64,000 nt of DNA from Octopus sinensis. Its lineage: Eukaryota. Under the pieces are notes generated by a model. That model was not told where the DNA came from, searched no databases, and saw only the letters and a program-made list of their open reading frames with translations. The number at the start of each line of letters is the position of its first letter. The first letter of the stretch is position 1. The DNA is taken from assembly GCF_006345805.1 (NCBI RefSeq), contig NC_043004.1, positions 52,142,001 to 52,206,000 on the forward strand, read 5' to 3'. Of this stretch, positions 14,422 to 27,257 are shown one piece after another. Both the position numbers and the translations under genes were made by a program.

Positions 14422-15030
14422 ATACAGGGTGCGGTGAATATATTGTGGTCGCAGAAATTGCCTGACAGCCATGACTGGGTTCTCCTGTATATGTGGCATG
14501 GTGCAGAGTCCTGTTGCCAGGTATAGCATTAAGGCGGCGAGCTGGCAGAAACGTTAGCACACCGGGCGAAATGCGTAGCCGTATTTCGTCTGCTGCTACG
14601 TTCTGAGTTCAAATTCCGCCGAGGTTGACTTTGCCTTTCATCCTTTCGGGGTCGATTAAATAAGTACCAGTTACGCACTGGGGTCGATATAATCAACTTA
14701 ATCCGTGTGTCTGTCCTTGTTTGTCCTCTCTGTGTTTAGCCCCTTGTGGGTAGTAAAGAAACAGGTATAGCATCTTCCAGCAGCCATCCTTTTGAACCGG
14801 GCAACACTACCTCCTCCTGGAAATTTGATGTAGGCCACCCGTATTAAGTGAGAAAAGATGAATTGAGGCATAAGGTTTCCAACACTAATTATCACTCCAA
14901 ACACCATCATATGATGTTGACTGGATGTTTGATTTTTATCACTCTCCGTAAATGTTTTGGGGACACGGTTGTTCTGTGTGTTCTCCGGCGCGAATGCAAA
15001 GCAATTCAGCATATGGTTTCCAAATTTCTG
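14422..15030 (-). mobile_element. Tc1/mariner-superfamily transposase fragment in intron 2, interrupted by a SINE
   Basis: HMMVFGVIISVGNLMPQFIFSH...RMAAGR. The SINE at 14533-14768 is flanked by a 12-bp TSD CAGGTATAGCAT (14518-14529 and 14762-14773). Confidence 0.6.
14533..14768 (+). mobile_element. SINE family A
   Basis: Full head and tail with TSD. Confidence 0.85.
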
Positions 15031-15464
15031 GCAGAGTGAATTGTGTCATGGTACTGTTTTACCGAGCCCAACTGACCCTACTATACTTTGTAGTCAACGA
15101 AATCAAAAATAAACAATGCACATGCACGAAAATAAAACTAAAAATTGGCGACAATTAACCCATCGCAACTGATATAAGTGTGTGTGTATGTGTGTGTGTA
15201 TGTATATATATGTGGCATGCTGTCCTTGTTTCGTATACATTCGATCCTCTTTCCAAGAAATCTAATGCTCGTAGCTTAGTTTATCTTTGGGGCTGGCCGT
15301 ATCGGAGCGATATCAGGATTAATCAGCCGAAATTGCTAAGATGATCCGGTTCCCGACTGAAGATTAGAGGCTTCAAATGACCAGTCTGTTTTTTTGTGTC
15401 GTCTCTTTGTGTGTTTTTGCGTTCTTGTCCCATTTTGTAATTTATTTTTAATTTCTATACATAT

Positions 15465-15532
<68 letters not shown>

Positions 15533-15694
15533 TATATATATCATATATAGATATATAAATTATATATATTATATATATATATGTGTGTGTGTGTGTTTGT
15601 GCATATATCTTACATAAATAAATATGTTACCCATTATACCTATATAGGGCACTTGTGTAAGATTGCTCTTATTGCTTTATTGTTGTTATTTTAG

Positions 15695-15757
15695 TATCGT
15701 CTGATGATGACACTGACACTGATGACTTTCCTCTTTCTCTACAGCTGTATCTTGGAG
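15695..15757 (+). CDS. Orphan acidic protein, exon 3 (VSSDDDTDTDDFPLSLQLYLG)
   Basis: Acceptor TTGTTATTTTAG, donor GGAG|GTGAGT; 63 nt, phase 1-1. Confidence 0.7.
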
Positions 15758-15913
15758 GTGAGTTAATATTGTAATAATAAAGTGAACTCTACTGTTTCAT
15801 ATTTTATTGCATTTTTTCCTCTAGTTAATTAAATATATATATGTATGTATATATAATATATCTTACAGCACTTATGTAAGGTTGTTCTTATGGTATTTTT
15901 ATTGTTATTTTAG

Positions 15914-16006
15914 CATCGTCTGATGATGACACTGACAGTGATGACAGTGACAGTGATGACAGTGACAGTGAGAACTTTGCTCTTCCTCTACAGCCGTATC
16001 TTGGAG
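15914..16006 (+). CDS. Orphan acidic protein, exon 4 (ASSDDDTDSDDSDSDDSDSENFALPLQPYLG), paralog of exon 3
   Basis: Acceptor TTGTTATTTTAG, donor GGAG|GTGAGT; 93 nt, phase 1-1. Confidence 0.7.
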
Positions 16007-16078
16007 GTGAGTTAATATTGTATAGTAAAGTGAACTCTAGCGTTTGATATTTTGTTGCATTGTCTCCTCTAGTCAATT

Positions 16079-16112
<34 letters not shown>

Positions 16113-16312
16113 GATTTGCATCCCCAACCAAGAATTTTTGATGTAATACATGTCCTTGAAGAAGTAGTTGTGCGCGGATGAAGAAGGCCACAGACGCACA
16201 TTATGCATTGTTATAAATCCGTCTAATAAAGGCCCGAAACATATGTACCGCTGAATCGTTGGCATCATGTTTTTATTTTGATTAATTATATATATATATA
16301 TATCATCATCAT

Positions 16313-16366
<54 letters not shown>

Positions 16367-16376
16367 GTACGGTGAA

Positions 16377-16708
16377 GGCGCATGGCGCAGTGGTTAGAGC
16401 GTCGAGCTTACCATCGTGAGGATGTGAATTCGAATCCCGGACTGGGTTGCGTGTTGTATTCTTGAGCAAGACACTTTATTTCACGTTGCTCCAGTTAACT
16501 CAGCTGTAAGAATGTGTTGCGACGTCACAGGTGCCAAGCCGAATTGGGCTTTGCCTTTCCCCTGGATAACACTGATAGCGTGGAGAGGGGAGGCCGGTAT
16601 GCATGGGCGACTGCTGGCCTTCCATAAACAACCTTGCTCGGACTTGAGCCTGGGAGGGTAACTTCCTAGGTGCAATCACATGTTCAGTCATGACCGAAGG
16701 GGGACTCC
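16377..16708 (+). mobile_element. SINE, head D-like + tail W, in intron 4
   Basis: A/B-box head with TTGAGCAAGACACTTTATTTCACGTTGCTCCAG core and a distinct tail. Confidence 0.75.
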
Positions 16709-16942
16709 GATATATATATATATATACGTATGAGTGTTTGAGAGTGTGTTGATGTGCGACTTTGTAATTACATATATGTATTACCGACAAGCTCACACAT
16801 CCACACACGCTCAAACACTCATATATATATACATACATGCATATATTTATATATATGTCTTTATATGTATGTATACATGCATGTATGTACACAAACACAC
16901 ACACATACATTAACAATAGGATCTATTTATTTATTCTTTCAG

Positions 16943-17112
16943 ATGACTACTATGCAAATGCAGAAGAAATCCCACGCTATCCAATTTTTTTACCTGTCGT
17001 ATTGACCTATGTTTACGAAGAACATGATGACAGTTTCACTAAAGTTGCGCGATTCTTTGTCTTTTACATCAACGGTCGTATATGTATGGCTACTAATATA
17101 TACATTGCTTAA
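16943..17112 (+). CDS. Orphan acidic protein, last coding exon (DDYYANAEEIPRYPIFLPVVLTYVYEEHDDSFTKVARFFVFYINGRICMATNIYIA*)
   Basis: Acceptor TTTATTCTTTCAG; phase 1 in; TAA at 17110-17112 followed 1 nt later by donor G|GTAAGT. The summed CDS from ATG 13739 is 600 nt (199 aa plus stop). Confidence 0.7.
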
Positions 17113-17170
17113 GGTAAGTGATATCTACGCATAATTTCAAAATATAACAATAACACTAATTTTCCGTCTG

Positions 17171-17202
<32 letters not shown>

Positions 17203-17535
17203 GATAGATATATACATATATAAAATTGTTCTAAGATCGTTGTCGGTTCTGTTTGTAGATAATCGAAAGCACTAACTGCGGTGAAATTTAATAAAGAAAA
17301 AAAAGTTCTATAACTCAATGGCGGTGCCCCAGCATGGACACAGCTCAAGAGCTGAAACTGGAAAACATGAACATAAAACTTAAACTCAAGAGACGAAAAG
17401 AAATCATACGCTATTCTAACGATACTGAAGATGTACCAACTCTGAACTATAACAGAATCCTCATTGAGCAACTGCACGGATTCAAACTGTATGCCGATTT
17501 GAAAATATAATAGAATCCTGATTGTGCTATTTCAG

Positions 17536-17700
17536 GGATTCAGACTTTACACAGACTCTAAAATATATCATCTTTAGTCTGTTCTTATGCGGATTCAGAA
17601 TATACATCAACTCTAAATGAATCCTCGTTGTGTTACCCCGCGTTGGGTGGCATATGTGTAGAGCCCACATAATTTGTGTTTTAATAAAAAAAAAGACATA
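17536..17700 (+). other. Probable 3' UTR exon of the orphan gene with polyadenylation signal
   Basis: Acceptor GCTATTTCAG ending 17535; AATAAA at 17683-17688; needed to pair with the donor at 17114. Confidence 0.35.
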
Positions 17701-18149
17701 TTTCGTAAATCAAAAAAAAAAATTAATTAAATAAAAAAGGTGGGTATGTAATGATCATTTGAAAAAATATCTATGAATAAAATGTTTTTAAATACATAAA
17801 TAGATTGGATTTTGTTTTTACCTCAGCAGAATAAATTGTAATCTAGGCATTCTGGCACGTGAAAAATGTGGATGAAATGTCATCAAAATATGCATTATTA
17901 TCAATGTTATTCAGGATCAAGTTCGTAGATGTGACTCTGAACTATAATTTTAATAGCCACATAAGTATAGCTTTGCTGGGTTAGGCAACACTTTAGTATG
18001 AATGTTTTGATGTTTGAAGATCATCAGGCGACATATTGAAATATTTTTAGTAAACAAAAGTCAATCTACGTCTTTTCTATTACCTACGTTACACATCTTA
18101 TCACATTTTATTATTATTATTATTGTTGTTGTTGTTGTTGTTGTTATTA

Positions 18150-18862
18150 TCACGTGCTTTCACTGCACTACCAAATGCAGCTCTGTGTGCCTTGGGTATG
18201 TACTGTGGTTTGTTGTGATGCTGTTATTGTTACTGTATTGAAAGAGTTTTACATACGATGTGTGCAGTGCCAAGTAGTGCAATTTTCTGTATGCTATATA
18301 TATTTGTTAATCATGGTGTTTTTGTTATGTATTTATCTGAATATATTTATATCACACCTAATACACCTACTATGATAGGAATTGTTTCTGTTTTTAGACT
18401 CCACATTCGAGTTACCTCTATTTCCAGGTCTTTGGATTTTGAAAGTTTCTCCATTTCTTTTAGAGAAACGTTGTCATCTGTTGGTATTGATACATCAATT
18501 AGAAGACATTTTTTCCTGATGATCTCTGACAACTATATCTGGCCTATTGATCTCAATTTCACTATCTATATGTATTGGCATATCCAGTAGTATGGTTGCT
18601 TTTTTATTTTCTGTGACCTTTTCTGCCGTGTGCCTATACCATCTTTTTTCTGTTGTTATTCCAGTGTATATAAGTACTAGCCTTATTGTGTTTTTGAATA
18701 TATTCCTTCTTAGCCAAGAGTGGGCAGCCAGAGACAATATGGTTTATTGTTTCTTGGCCATCTCTACATATTCTCCAGTTACGTTTTATGTTTCGTTTTA
18801 TTATATGCTTTTGGTATTTCTGGTGGGGTGGCTCTGGTCTTGTGCTGCTTTGAATCCACAAT
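18150..18862 (-). mobile_element. 3' end of an R4/Dong-like non-LTR retrotransposon (CCHC finger + restriction-like endonuclease)
   Basis: Minus frames give WRICRDGQETINHIVSGCPLLAKKEY and NRPDIVVRDHQ / CLLIDVSIPTDDNVSLKEMEKLSK. The 3' end runs into (CAA)n(TAA)n. Confidence 0.8.
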
Positions 18863-19129
18863 AACAATTCCACTACTACCACCAACAACAACCATAAACT
18901 GTTCGCTCCTAAATGCTTTCTGAGGGAACCTCAACACTTCATGGAAACCGAGTCATTTGGTTTCGTGACCACTAGATGAGTCAGCAGCCCCTTTCCTTTT
19001 GTTCTATTTTCCCTTGCTGTCTGTAAATGAACGAGGATTACTTACCTTCGAAGCGAGATTGCCTGCTCATTGATTTCAGGTTGCGAGTTTTTTTAGGTGA
19101 TAGTCATCGGTGAGACTAGATGTCCAAAG

Positions 19130-19430
19130 TCATTTCGTTAGCAGTTTTTGAGTTCGCATATCTTAGTCAGTCTGAAATGAGAGAATTGTTGGCGGTTCTT
19201 TTTCGGACAGCCTTGCTCTTCGGGATGTGTTAATCTTGCTAACTGAATAGAATCGAAAATGCTACTTTTAGACTGGTCGCCTTGTATGCCCAAAATATAT
19301 TGCAGCAACTGAATTTCTCCAGATATCTGGACGTTCTCCTGTGGATGTTCTGCTCTTTAGTGCTAGTTGGAGACTGAAACTCAATTTTGGATGCTCAGCT
19401 GGATTTGCTTTGGAGCGTAGGGATGTGCTA
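19130..19430 (+). pseudogene. Possible Tx1/L1-type apurinic endonuclease fragment
   Basis: Decayed motifs FRLVALYAQN and VLVGD*NSILDA. Confidence 0.35.
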
Positions 19431-20048
19431 ACTCAGCCATATTCATCCTCTTAGATGAATCCTTTATTACGACTAACGGTATATTGAAAACTTAGAAATA
19501 ATTGCCGTTTCGTAACCGAAGCTAGCGTGCAATAAAGTCAAAGAGGGCGTTTCAGATTATATTCAGCTTTATAGCTCTAAAACATGACCTCTTAGAAGTA
19601 TAGTATGGTCCAGAGAGAAAAAATATCATATTTTTTTTTATCCCTTACCTTTGTACGGATTAACGTTACCCCTTGTTGTCTAAATTGATTAAAATACCTT
19701 GGGAACTGAAGCATTCTAGAGGTTAGTTGCAAAAAAAAAAAGAAAAAACCATCAGCATTAGCGTCAAGTGTAAAAATCCTTTGAGACCCAGTGATATCTT
19801 TTTCAATATGCATCTACATTATTAAACTCACAGCGCATAAACGGTTTGAAACACAAAGGTTTCACCTTAAGAAACCCTGCTCTATTCATTATCACAAATA
19901 AAGGGAAGAAACCCTGAACCTTTTAAAGGTACCTAGATAAATTCCTTGCCACTTAAGAAAATAATACAGAACCACTTATGGCAGGATTTATTTTGGCAAA
20001 TAACAGTTTCTTACTGAAACGAGTTATAGTGTCCCCAAAACATTTTTA

Positions 20049-20257
20049 TTCTTTTTTTTCTTCAGTCATTTGACAGCAGCCAAGCTGGAGCACCATCTTT
20101 AGTCGAACAACTCAACCCCAGGACTAATTCTTTGTATCCTAGTACTTATTCTATCGGTCTTTTTGCCTGATCAATATGTAACGGGGACGTAAACATACCA
20201 ACATTTCAAGCGATGGTGGGGTGACAAGCACATACACAAAATCTAATACACATACAC

Positions 20258-20301
<44 letters not shown>

Positions 20302-20455
20302 TCACACATATATACGACGAGCTTCTTTCAGTTTCTGTCTACGAATACAATCACAAGGCTTTGGTCGTCCCGAGTATATAGTAGACGACACGTGCCCAAG
20401 GTGCCATGCAGTGAGACTGAACCCGGAACCATGTGGTTGGTAAGCAAGCCACTTA
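20049..20455 (-). mobile_element. SINE family B
   Basis: Reverse complement of the family B consensus, diverged. Confidence 0.75.
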
Positions 20456-20819
20456 CAACGAAGCAACACTTCACCAAAGGTACGATCAAGATAGATATGA
20501 CCCGGGACAACATTAAGCGAGCACAGCATCACCACCACCACCGCCACCTTCATTAGTATCACCACCTCCACTATCATTGCAAAACTTTCTCAATTTGCAT
20601 CCCACTGAAGAACCTACTGATAATGTATTCCACCATTTGGAACAAGAAAAGAAAACAGGGTGATCGCCACTTATATGCATTTGAAACACATGCCTACTCG
20701 CTGACGGTAGGCCTAGGGCTAAATAGCAACACAAAAAGAAAACTATACGTCGTCAACATGGCGACTACCAGCACAGCCACATCCCATACATCGCACCACG
20801 ACGACCACCATCGCCACCA

Positions 20820-20828
20820 CTGCCACTG

Positions 20829-20914
<86 letters not shown>

Positions 20915-20951
20915 ACTACTACTACTGCTGCTGCTGCTACTACTACTACTA

Positions 20952-21012
<61 letters not shown>

Positions 21013-21015
21013 GCT
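20820..21015. repeat. Compound (CTA)n/(CTG)n microsatellite
   Basis: Direct observation. Confidence 0.95.
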
Positions 21016-21410
21016 ACTGTTTCTTCTCTGTCTATACCAACAATTTGCAGTGGTGCAGCGTTTGTTGAGTAGTAAGTTCAACATGCGCGGTTGTATTATC
21101 TGCAATGTTTTCTATACGGAATGAATGTGGAATGAGAGGTGAAAAATGAAAGAATAAAAACCACACACACTTAAATAAACACACACACAATATAATCTAT
21201 ACATATATACGAACACACGCACACATATATGTGTGTGTGTGTGTGTGTGAGTTGAATATAAATATTAATGAGTATAAAGCATGTGTTTAGGTAAGTACAT
21301 ACATACAGACATACAGACAGATAGACAGATAGATACATACATACATAGAAACATACTTACATGCATACATACATACATACAACATACATACATACATACA
21401 TACATACATA

Positions 21411-21742
21411 CATTATTATGGCTGCACTCCTGTTATCGAGTATGGCCATTGCACGAAACTTAACTGTTACTGCTGCTGCGATCGAATGTGACTTTTTAGC
21501 CCAGCTAAAGATCTACAATGTCTTGTACAGAATTGGCAGCTAATACCTTTACCGGTAATAGCCGGCTGTATTTGTGACTGGGCTTCATGTACCTTTGCAT
21601 GTCGTTTAAGTCCTCCTGCCGAACTACACTCTCTTCCACATGCCCGACAGATATGAATATTATGGTGTGTTACACCACCACCATTGGCCAGGTTGTCACT
21701 CATCTGTCTCGCTTTATGACTATGAAGATGACTCTTGAGTCA
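21411..21742 (-). mobile_element. 5'-truncated LINE-like 3' end encoding tandem C2H2 fingers, within (ATGT)n
   Basis: ORF 21467-21703 has CRAC-X12-H-X3-H and CQFC-X12-H. Upstream in-frame LKSHLHSH indicates a further truncated finger. Confidence 0.65.
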
Positions 21743-22296
21743 TACATACATACATACATACATACATACATACATACATACATACATACATACATAAATA
21801 CATACATAGATAAAGCGCTAACATATATGTGCAAGCATACAAACAGGGATACACACAAAGATATTCGCAAACATATACATATGTATTTCATTTTATAGGC
21901 AAGGCAATATGGTAAAACGGGGTCAAAGAGTGCACAGTATTGTTTTTTACTCTGCGCTTCATCATCGTCGTCGTCAAAATCATCATCATCATCATTATCA
22001 TCAACATCATCAATTTCGAATTTTTGTTTGTTTGCATGCTACATGTGAGTACGATGCCGATCTGACAGACACGTTGTACGTGCAACAGGTTTAACACACG
22101 TTATGTTCCCGCTACCAACCCTATCCCTGTTTTGAAATACAATCTACACCACCCATCTCCTATGTCTGCTCCGGGGGAAACTATTATTATAATCAGGAGT
22201 CTGTGACTACGAGCTGAAAATACAAAAATAACTTTATAATGATATACGATATTTGGAATTATTGCAGAAAGAACATTAATAACAATACCAATAGAT

Positions 22297-22352
<56 letters not shown>

Positions 22353-22703
22353 CCTTCCTACTATAGGCGCAAGGCCTGGATTTTGTGGGGAGGGGAGCAG
22401 TCGATCACATCGATCCCAGTACTTAATTCATCGACCCCAAAAGGATGAAAGGTAAAATCGACCACGGCTGATTTTGAACTCAGAACTGAGGAACGGGCGA
22501 AATAATGCTAACGATTCTACCAGCTCACCACTTCATAGTAATATTAATAATACTAATACCAGTAATAACTGGAGCATTGGGAAAATATCAGAAATAATTG
22601 TAGGATTGGTCATGATAAAAAACATGAACAAAAACGCAGAAGCCATACTTGGATCCTCCAGACATCATATTCGTTTCTACTCTAGGCACAAGGCACGTAA
22701 ACA

Positions 22704-22938
22704 TAGACGAAATACTTATTTCTTTACTACCCATATGTGGCTAAACACAGAGAGGACAGACAAACGGATTAAGTCGATTATATCGACCCCAGTGCGGAAC
22801 TGGTACTTAATTTATCGACCCCGAAAGAATGAAAGGCAAAGTCGACCTCGTCGGAATTTGAACTCAGAATGTAACGGCAGACGAAATACCGCGAAGCATT
22901 TCGCCCGGCGTGCTAACGTTTCTGCCAGCTCGCCGCCT
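22704..22938 (-). mobile_element. SINE family A
   Basis: Aligns with 5210-5448. Confidence 0.8.
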
Positions 22939-23001
22939 TCCTCAACACTACATGTTATCCAAAAAATACCCCTGCTAGAAACAGCCCACATCCTTTTTTC
23001 G

Positions 23002-23396
23002 TATTCTTTTATGTTGCAGTCATTTGACTGTGGCCATGCTGGAGCACCGCCTTTAGTCAAGCAAGTCGACCCCAGGACTTATTCTTTGTAAACCTAGTAC
23101 TTATTCTATCGGTCTCTCTTGCCGGGTTTCTTTTACAGGGACGTAAACACACCAGTTGGGTAAGACAAACACCAGTTGGGGGGAACAAACACCAGTTAGG
23201 CGGTGGGGGGGGGGGGTCAAAAACACACACACATATGATGGGCTTCAGTTTCCGTCTACCAAATCCACTCACAAGGCTTTGGTCGGCCTGAGGCTATAGT
23301 AGAAGACACTTGCTCAAGGGGCTACGCAGTGGGACTGAACCCGGAACCATGTGGTTAGTAAGCAACCTACTTACCACACAGCCACTCTTGCGCCTA
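23002..23396 (-). mobile_element. SINE family B
   Basis: Reverse complement of the family B consensus. Confidence 0.8.
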
Positions 23397-23787
23397 CGCA
23401 AGATACTATCAATTCAATAGTACAGCCTAGAGAAAATAATGCACAAACACGTTTCGCACTCAATGCAGGAACTATCCAATGAAATAAAAAGTACCACCAG
23501 CACACTATACCCAATGCATTACACACGCACAACGCAATACAAACAGTAATACAATAAAAGATTGCTCCACACCTTAAAAAATAAGAAAAGAAGGAAAAGA
23601 AAAAATGCTGACGCAATACATTATTAGCAAGAGATTTCACAATCCCAACAGCTAAGAAGAACACAATACAGCACACACCCCAGTAACACGGATGTGTAGC
23701 CGGTGATGCAGTAGAAATTTGCCTCAAACTACCAAATGTTGAACAACGATGATGATGACGACGACGATGATGATGATGATGATGATG

Positions 23788-24214
23788 GTGTGGTAAGTAG
23801 CTTGCTAACCAACCACATGGTTCCGGGTTCAGTCCCACTGGGTGGCACCTTGGGCAAGTGTCTTCGACTATAGCCTCGGGCCGACCAAAGCCTTGTGAGT
23901 GGATTTGGTAGACGGAAACTGAAAGAAGCCCGTCGTATATATGTGTATATATATATATATATAATATATATATATATATATTATATATATATATATGTGC
24001 GTGTGTGTTTGTGTGTCTGTATTTGTCCCTCTAGCATTGCTTGACAACCGATGCTGGTGTGTTTATGTCCCGTCACTTAGCGGTTCGGCAAAAGAGACCG
24101 ATAAAATAAGTACTGGGCTTACAAAGAATAAGTCCCTGGGTCGATTTGCTCGGCTAAAGGCGGTGCTCCAGCATGGCCAGAGTCAAATGGCTGAAACAAG
24201 TAAAAGAGTAAAGA

Positions 24215-24217
<3 letters not shown>
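23788..24217 (+). mobile_element. SINE family B
   Basis: Family B body and tail. Confidence 0.85.
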
Positions 24218-24287
<70 letters not shown>

Positions 24288-24291
24288 CTTT

Positions 24292-24501
24292 TCTACTCTA
24301 GGCACAAGGCCCGAAATTTTTTGGGGAGGTGGGCCAGTCGATTAGATCGACCCCAGTACACAACTGATACTTAATTTATCAACTACGAAAGGATGAAAGG
24401 CAAAGTCAACCTCAGCAGAATTTGAACTGAGAATGTAAAGACAGACGAAATGCCGCTAAGCATTTCGTCCGGCGTGCTAACGTTTCTGCCAGCTCGCCGC
24501 C
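24292..24501 (-). mobile_element. SINE family A
   Basis: Same head, alternative tail (CCCCAAAAAATTTCGGGCCTTGTGCCTAGAGTAG). Confidence 0.8.
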
Positions 24502-24502
24502 T

Positions 24503-24650
24503 TTAATAATAATAATAATGATAATAATAACAATGATAATAGTAACAATAATAGTAATAATAATAATAATAAAAATGATAATAATAATAATAATAAATAA
24601 TAATAATAAATAATAATAAAATAATAATAATAATGATGATGATGATGATG

Positions 24651-24692
<42 letters not shown>

Positions 24693-24837
24693 TAATAATA
24701 ATAATATAATAATAATAATAAGAAGAAGAAGAAGAAAAGAAGAAGAAGAAGAAGAAGAAGAAGAAAAGAAGAAGAAGAGAAGAAGAAGAAGAAGAAGAAG
24801 AAGAATGATGATAATAATGATAATGATAATAATAATG

Positions 24838-24881
<44 letters not shown>

Positions 24882-24882
24882 T
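24503..24882. repeat. Compound (AAT)n/(GAT)n/(AAG)n microsatellite
   Basis: Direct observation. Confidence 0.95.
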
Positions 24883-25300
24883 TTCTCCCGTCTCAGTAAC
24901 CATTCTACCAGCAAGGAAGAATGTTTATCTGTCTATCTCTTTATCTTGATATGAGATCATCACTTCACGCATACATGTTTGTGATGTATCTGCCTGGTGT
25001 ACCCTCATCAGACGGGTATTCATAATGTATGTATTGGGTTTCGTATATTTGTACCCCAGCATCACTGCGATGGTATGCGTTACTCTGGCACTCAATAGCA
25101 ACAACAATAATAATACTAATAATAATCATTTCTACTATAGGAACAAGACCTAAAATTTTGTGGCCGGAAGATAGTCAATTACATCGACCCCAGGACTCAA
25201 ATTAGAAGAAACCGAGATCTCCCGATCGTGAGTGCAACACTCTGACCCCTAGAGCATACGCCATTTATAATATCACTATTATTATGAGTTGTCTTGTAAT

Positions 25301-25693
25301 TTTATATATAAAAGTAAGGTTGTGTGTCTGTCTCCTACGATTTAGATTCCTAACTACTCCCACATTTTGCGGTGCAGTTTAACCAAAACCAGGTATCTTA
25401 TAGTCGTGATTCATATCGAGCCCTTCTGGGTATTAGCGCGCGTCTACGATGAGTCTACGATTAAAAAAAAATTTACCATCATTTTTTTTCATTTTAATGC
25501 ATTTTTCCGCTATTATATAAGGGAAGTAACTCTCTAAACATGTCTACGATGAGTCAACGATTTAAAAAAAAAATTACCATCTTTTTTTTTCTATTTTTAA
25601 TGCATTTTTTGCTATTTTTTGGCTATAACTCTCTAAAAATGCTTATATAGTTATTTCCCTTACAAACCCGAGCAACGCCTCGATACTGCTAGT
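25301..25693 (+). mobile_element. Non-autonomous Helitron-type element
   Basis: 5' TATATATAAAAG, an internal ~97-bp duplication, and a 3' CCCGAGCAACGCC...CTAG|T end. Confidence 0.6.
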
Positions 25694-26159
25694 TTTATAT
25701 ATTTTTTCAGTACTAATATTCCTGTAGGAATACTAACATTTTCGTGATGATGATGGTGACGATGAAGATGATGATGAGCGTAGCAGTGGTGTCGTTTGTG
25801 GTGGGATCCGATTAGAAGGCTGTAGTGTTATAGTTGAGCTTAATGCTGTTGTAAGTTGCTGCAAAGAAGACGAGGGTGCTCTTAACACTGGTGATGATTG
25901 AGGATTTGCTTTTGGTGTCGCAGTTGTTGCTGATGGTAGTGGTTTTGGAGGTGAAAGAAGACAGGTGCAGCTGTTGGAAAGAGCGACCTCATAAACAATA
26001 TCAAGCATAACAAAATCCATAGCAACTTAAGCAGACGTAAGGAACTTAGAGCGAGCAGGTGACCAGCAAGGTATAACAACCAAATTTCCCTCAAAACCAC
26101 ATTTAATTATTATGAGATAAAAACAGAACAATATTGAATAAGCTGTTCCTATAGGAACT

Positions 26160-26617
26160 GTAGTTTCCTTCATAATCCAATCTATAACTAGTAGAAACAA
26201 AAAGGGAAAAAGTATACAGCCCTGTCGAACTCGTGTTTTTACTTCGAATTTATCCGTAGCTCCGTTTCCATGCAAGACTCGGCATGGCATTCCTTGGTAA
26301 GTTGCTCTTATTATAGAGATATACTTGTCTGGTTTGCCATAGTGCTGCATAATTTTCCATAAACCTTCCCTATCTACACTATCAAATGCTTTTTCGAAAT
26401 CAATAAAGTAGCGTAACCAAATGTAGCGAAAAGTATTTTACAGTGGAATTCGGATGGATATTGAAAGAAAGGTAGGCCTAAGAACTCGTGGCGTAGATCA
26501 ACACAAAAAGGATTAGAGAAAGGGGGACATTCTTGGCAGAGTATAGGGACAGAAGCGAACAATTATGCGACATGGAATTCAACTATAAGTGGCCTATACT
26601 CCGCGTTGGAGGGTTAA
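26160..26617. mobile_element. RTE-clade LINE fragment with 5' inversion
   Basis: Minus strand 26160-26412 encodes YFIDFEKAFDSVDREGLWKIMQHYG...VRQGCILFPFLFLLVIDWIMK. Plus strand 26420-26617 encodes the C-terminus LQWNSDG..KKGRPKNSWRR...GLYS. Confidence 0.8.
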
Positions 26618-26863
26618 AGGCAGGAAAGAAAAGAAGAAATAGGAACCGTGCAAAGACCAGTTGGTAAGAACTAGAATCCTTGTGGCCATAGGTATTCTGG
26701 GTCCAGTTGGTCTGGAGCTAAACATCTACAACATCAAAAACACCAAAAGCAAGAATATACCATTTTGTAATAGTCCCATATTTCTTGTAGATTGGCGAAA
26801 TATAGTATTATGTAATTTAGAGAAGATAAATACATTCGTTTTGCGGTATATTACCCACGGAGA

Positions 26864-27081
26864 GGCGGCGAGCTGGCAGAAACGTTAGCACGCCGGACGA
26901 AATGCTTCGTGGTATTTCGTCTGCCGCTACGTTCTGGGTTCAAATTCCGCAGAGGTCGACTTTGCCTTTCATCCTTGTGCGGTCGATAAATTAATTACCA
27001 GTTGCGTACTGATGTCGCTCTAATCGACTGGCCTCCTCCCCCAAAATTTCGGGCCTTGTGCTTAGAGTACAAAAGAGCATG
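26864..27081 (+). mobile_element. SINE family A
   Basis: 13-bp TSD TTACCCACGGAGA / TTGCCCACGGAGA. Confidence 0.8.
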
Positions 27082-27257
27082 TTGCCCACGGAGAAATTTG
27101 TGGTAAACAGGAGTGTATCGAGATTTGAACAGCTGGCAAATAAATATATTACTTGTACAATATAGACTTTCCAGAAATTTTTATTCCGGAGCCTTTACAG
27201 ATTAGTGATTTTTTTCTGGATCAGGAACGGTCACACCTTGGCCATCAAACTCTAAAT

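Noticed and set aside
16377-16445. tRNA-like heads (also near 44526, 46999, 59040, 31200)
   Set aside because: A/B boxes are present but continue into SINE cores without an acceptor-stem 3' strand; not tRNA genes.
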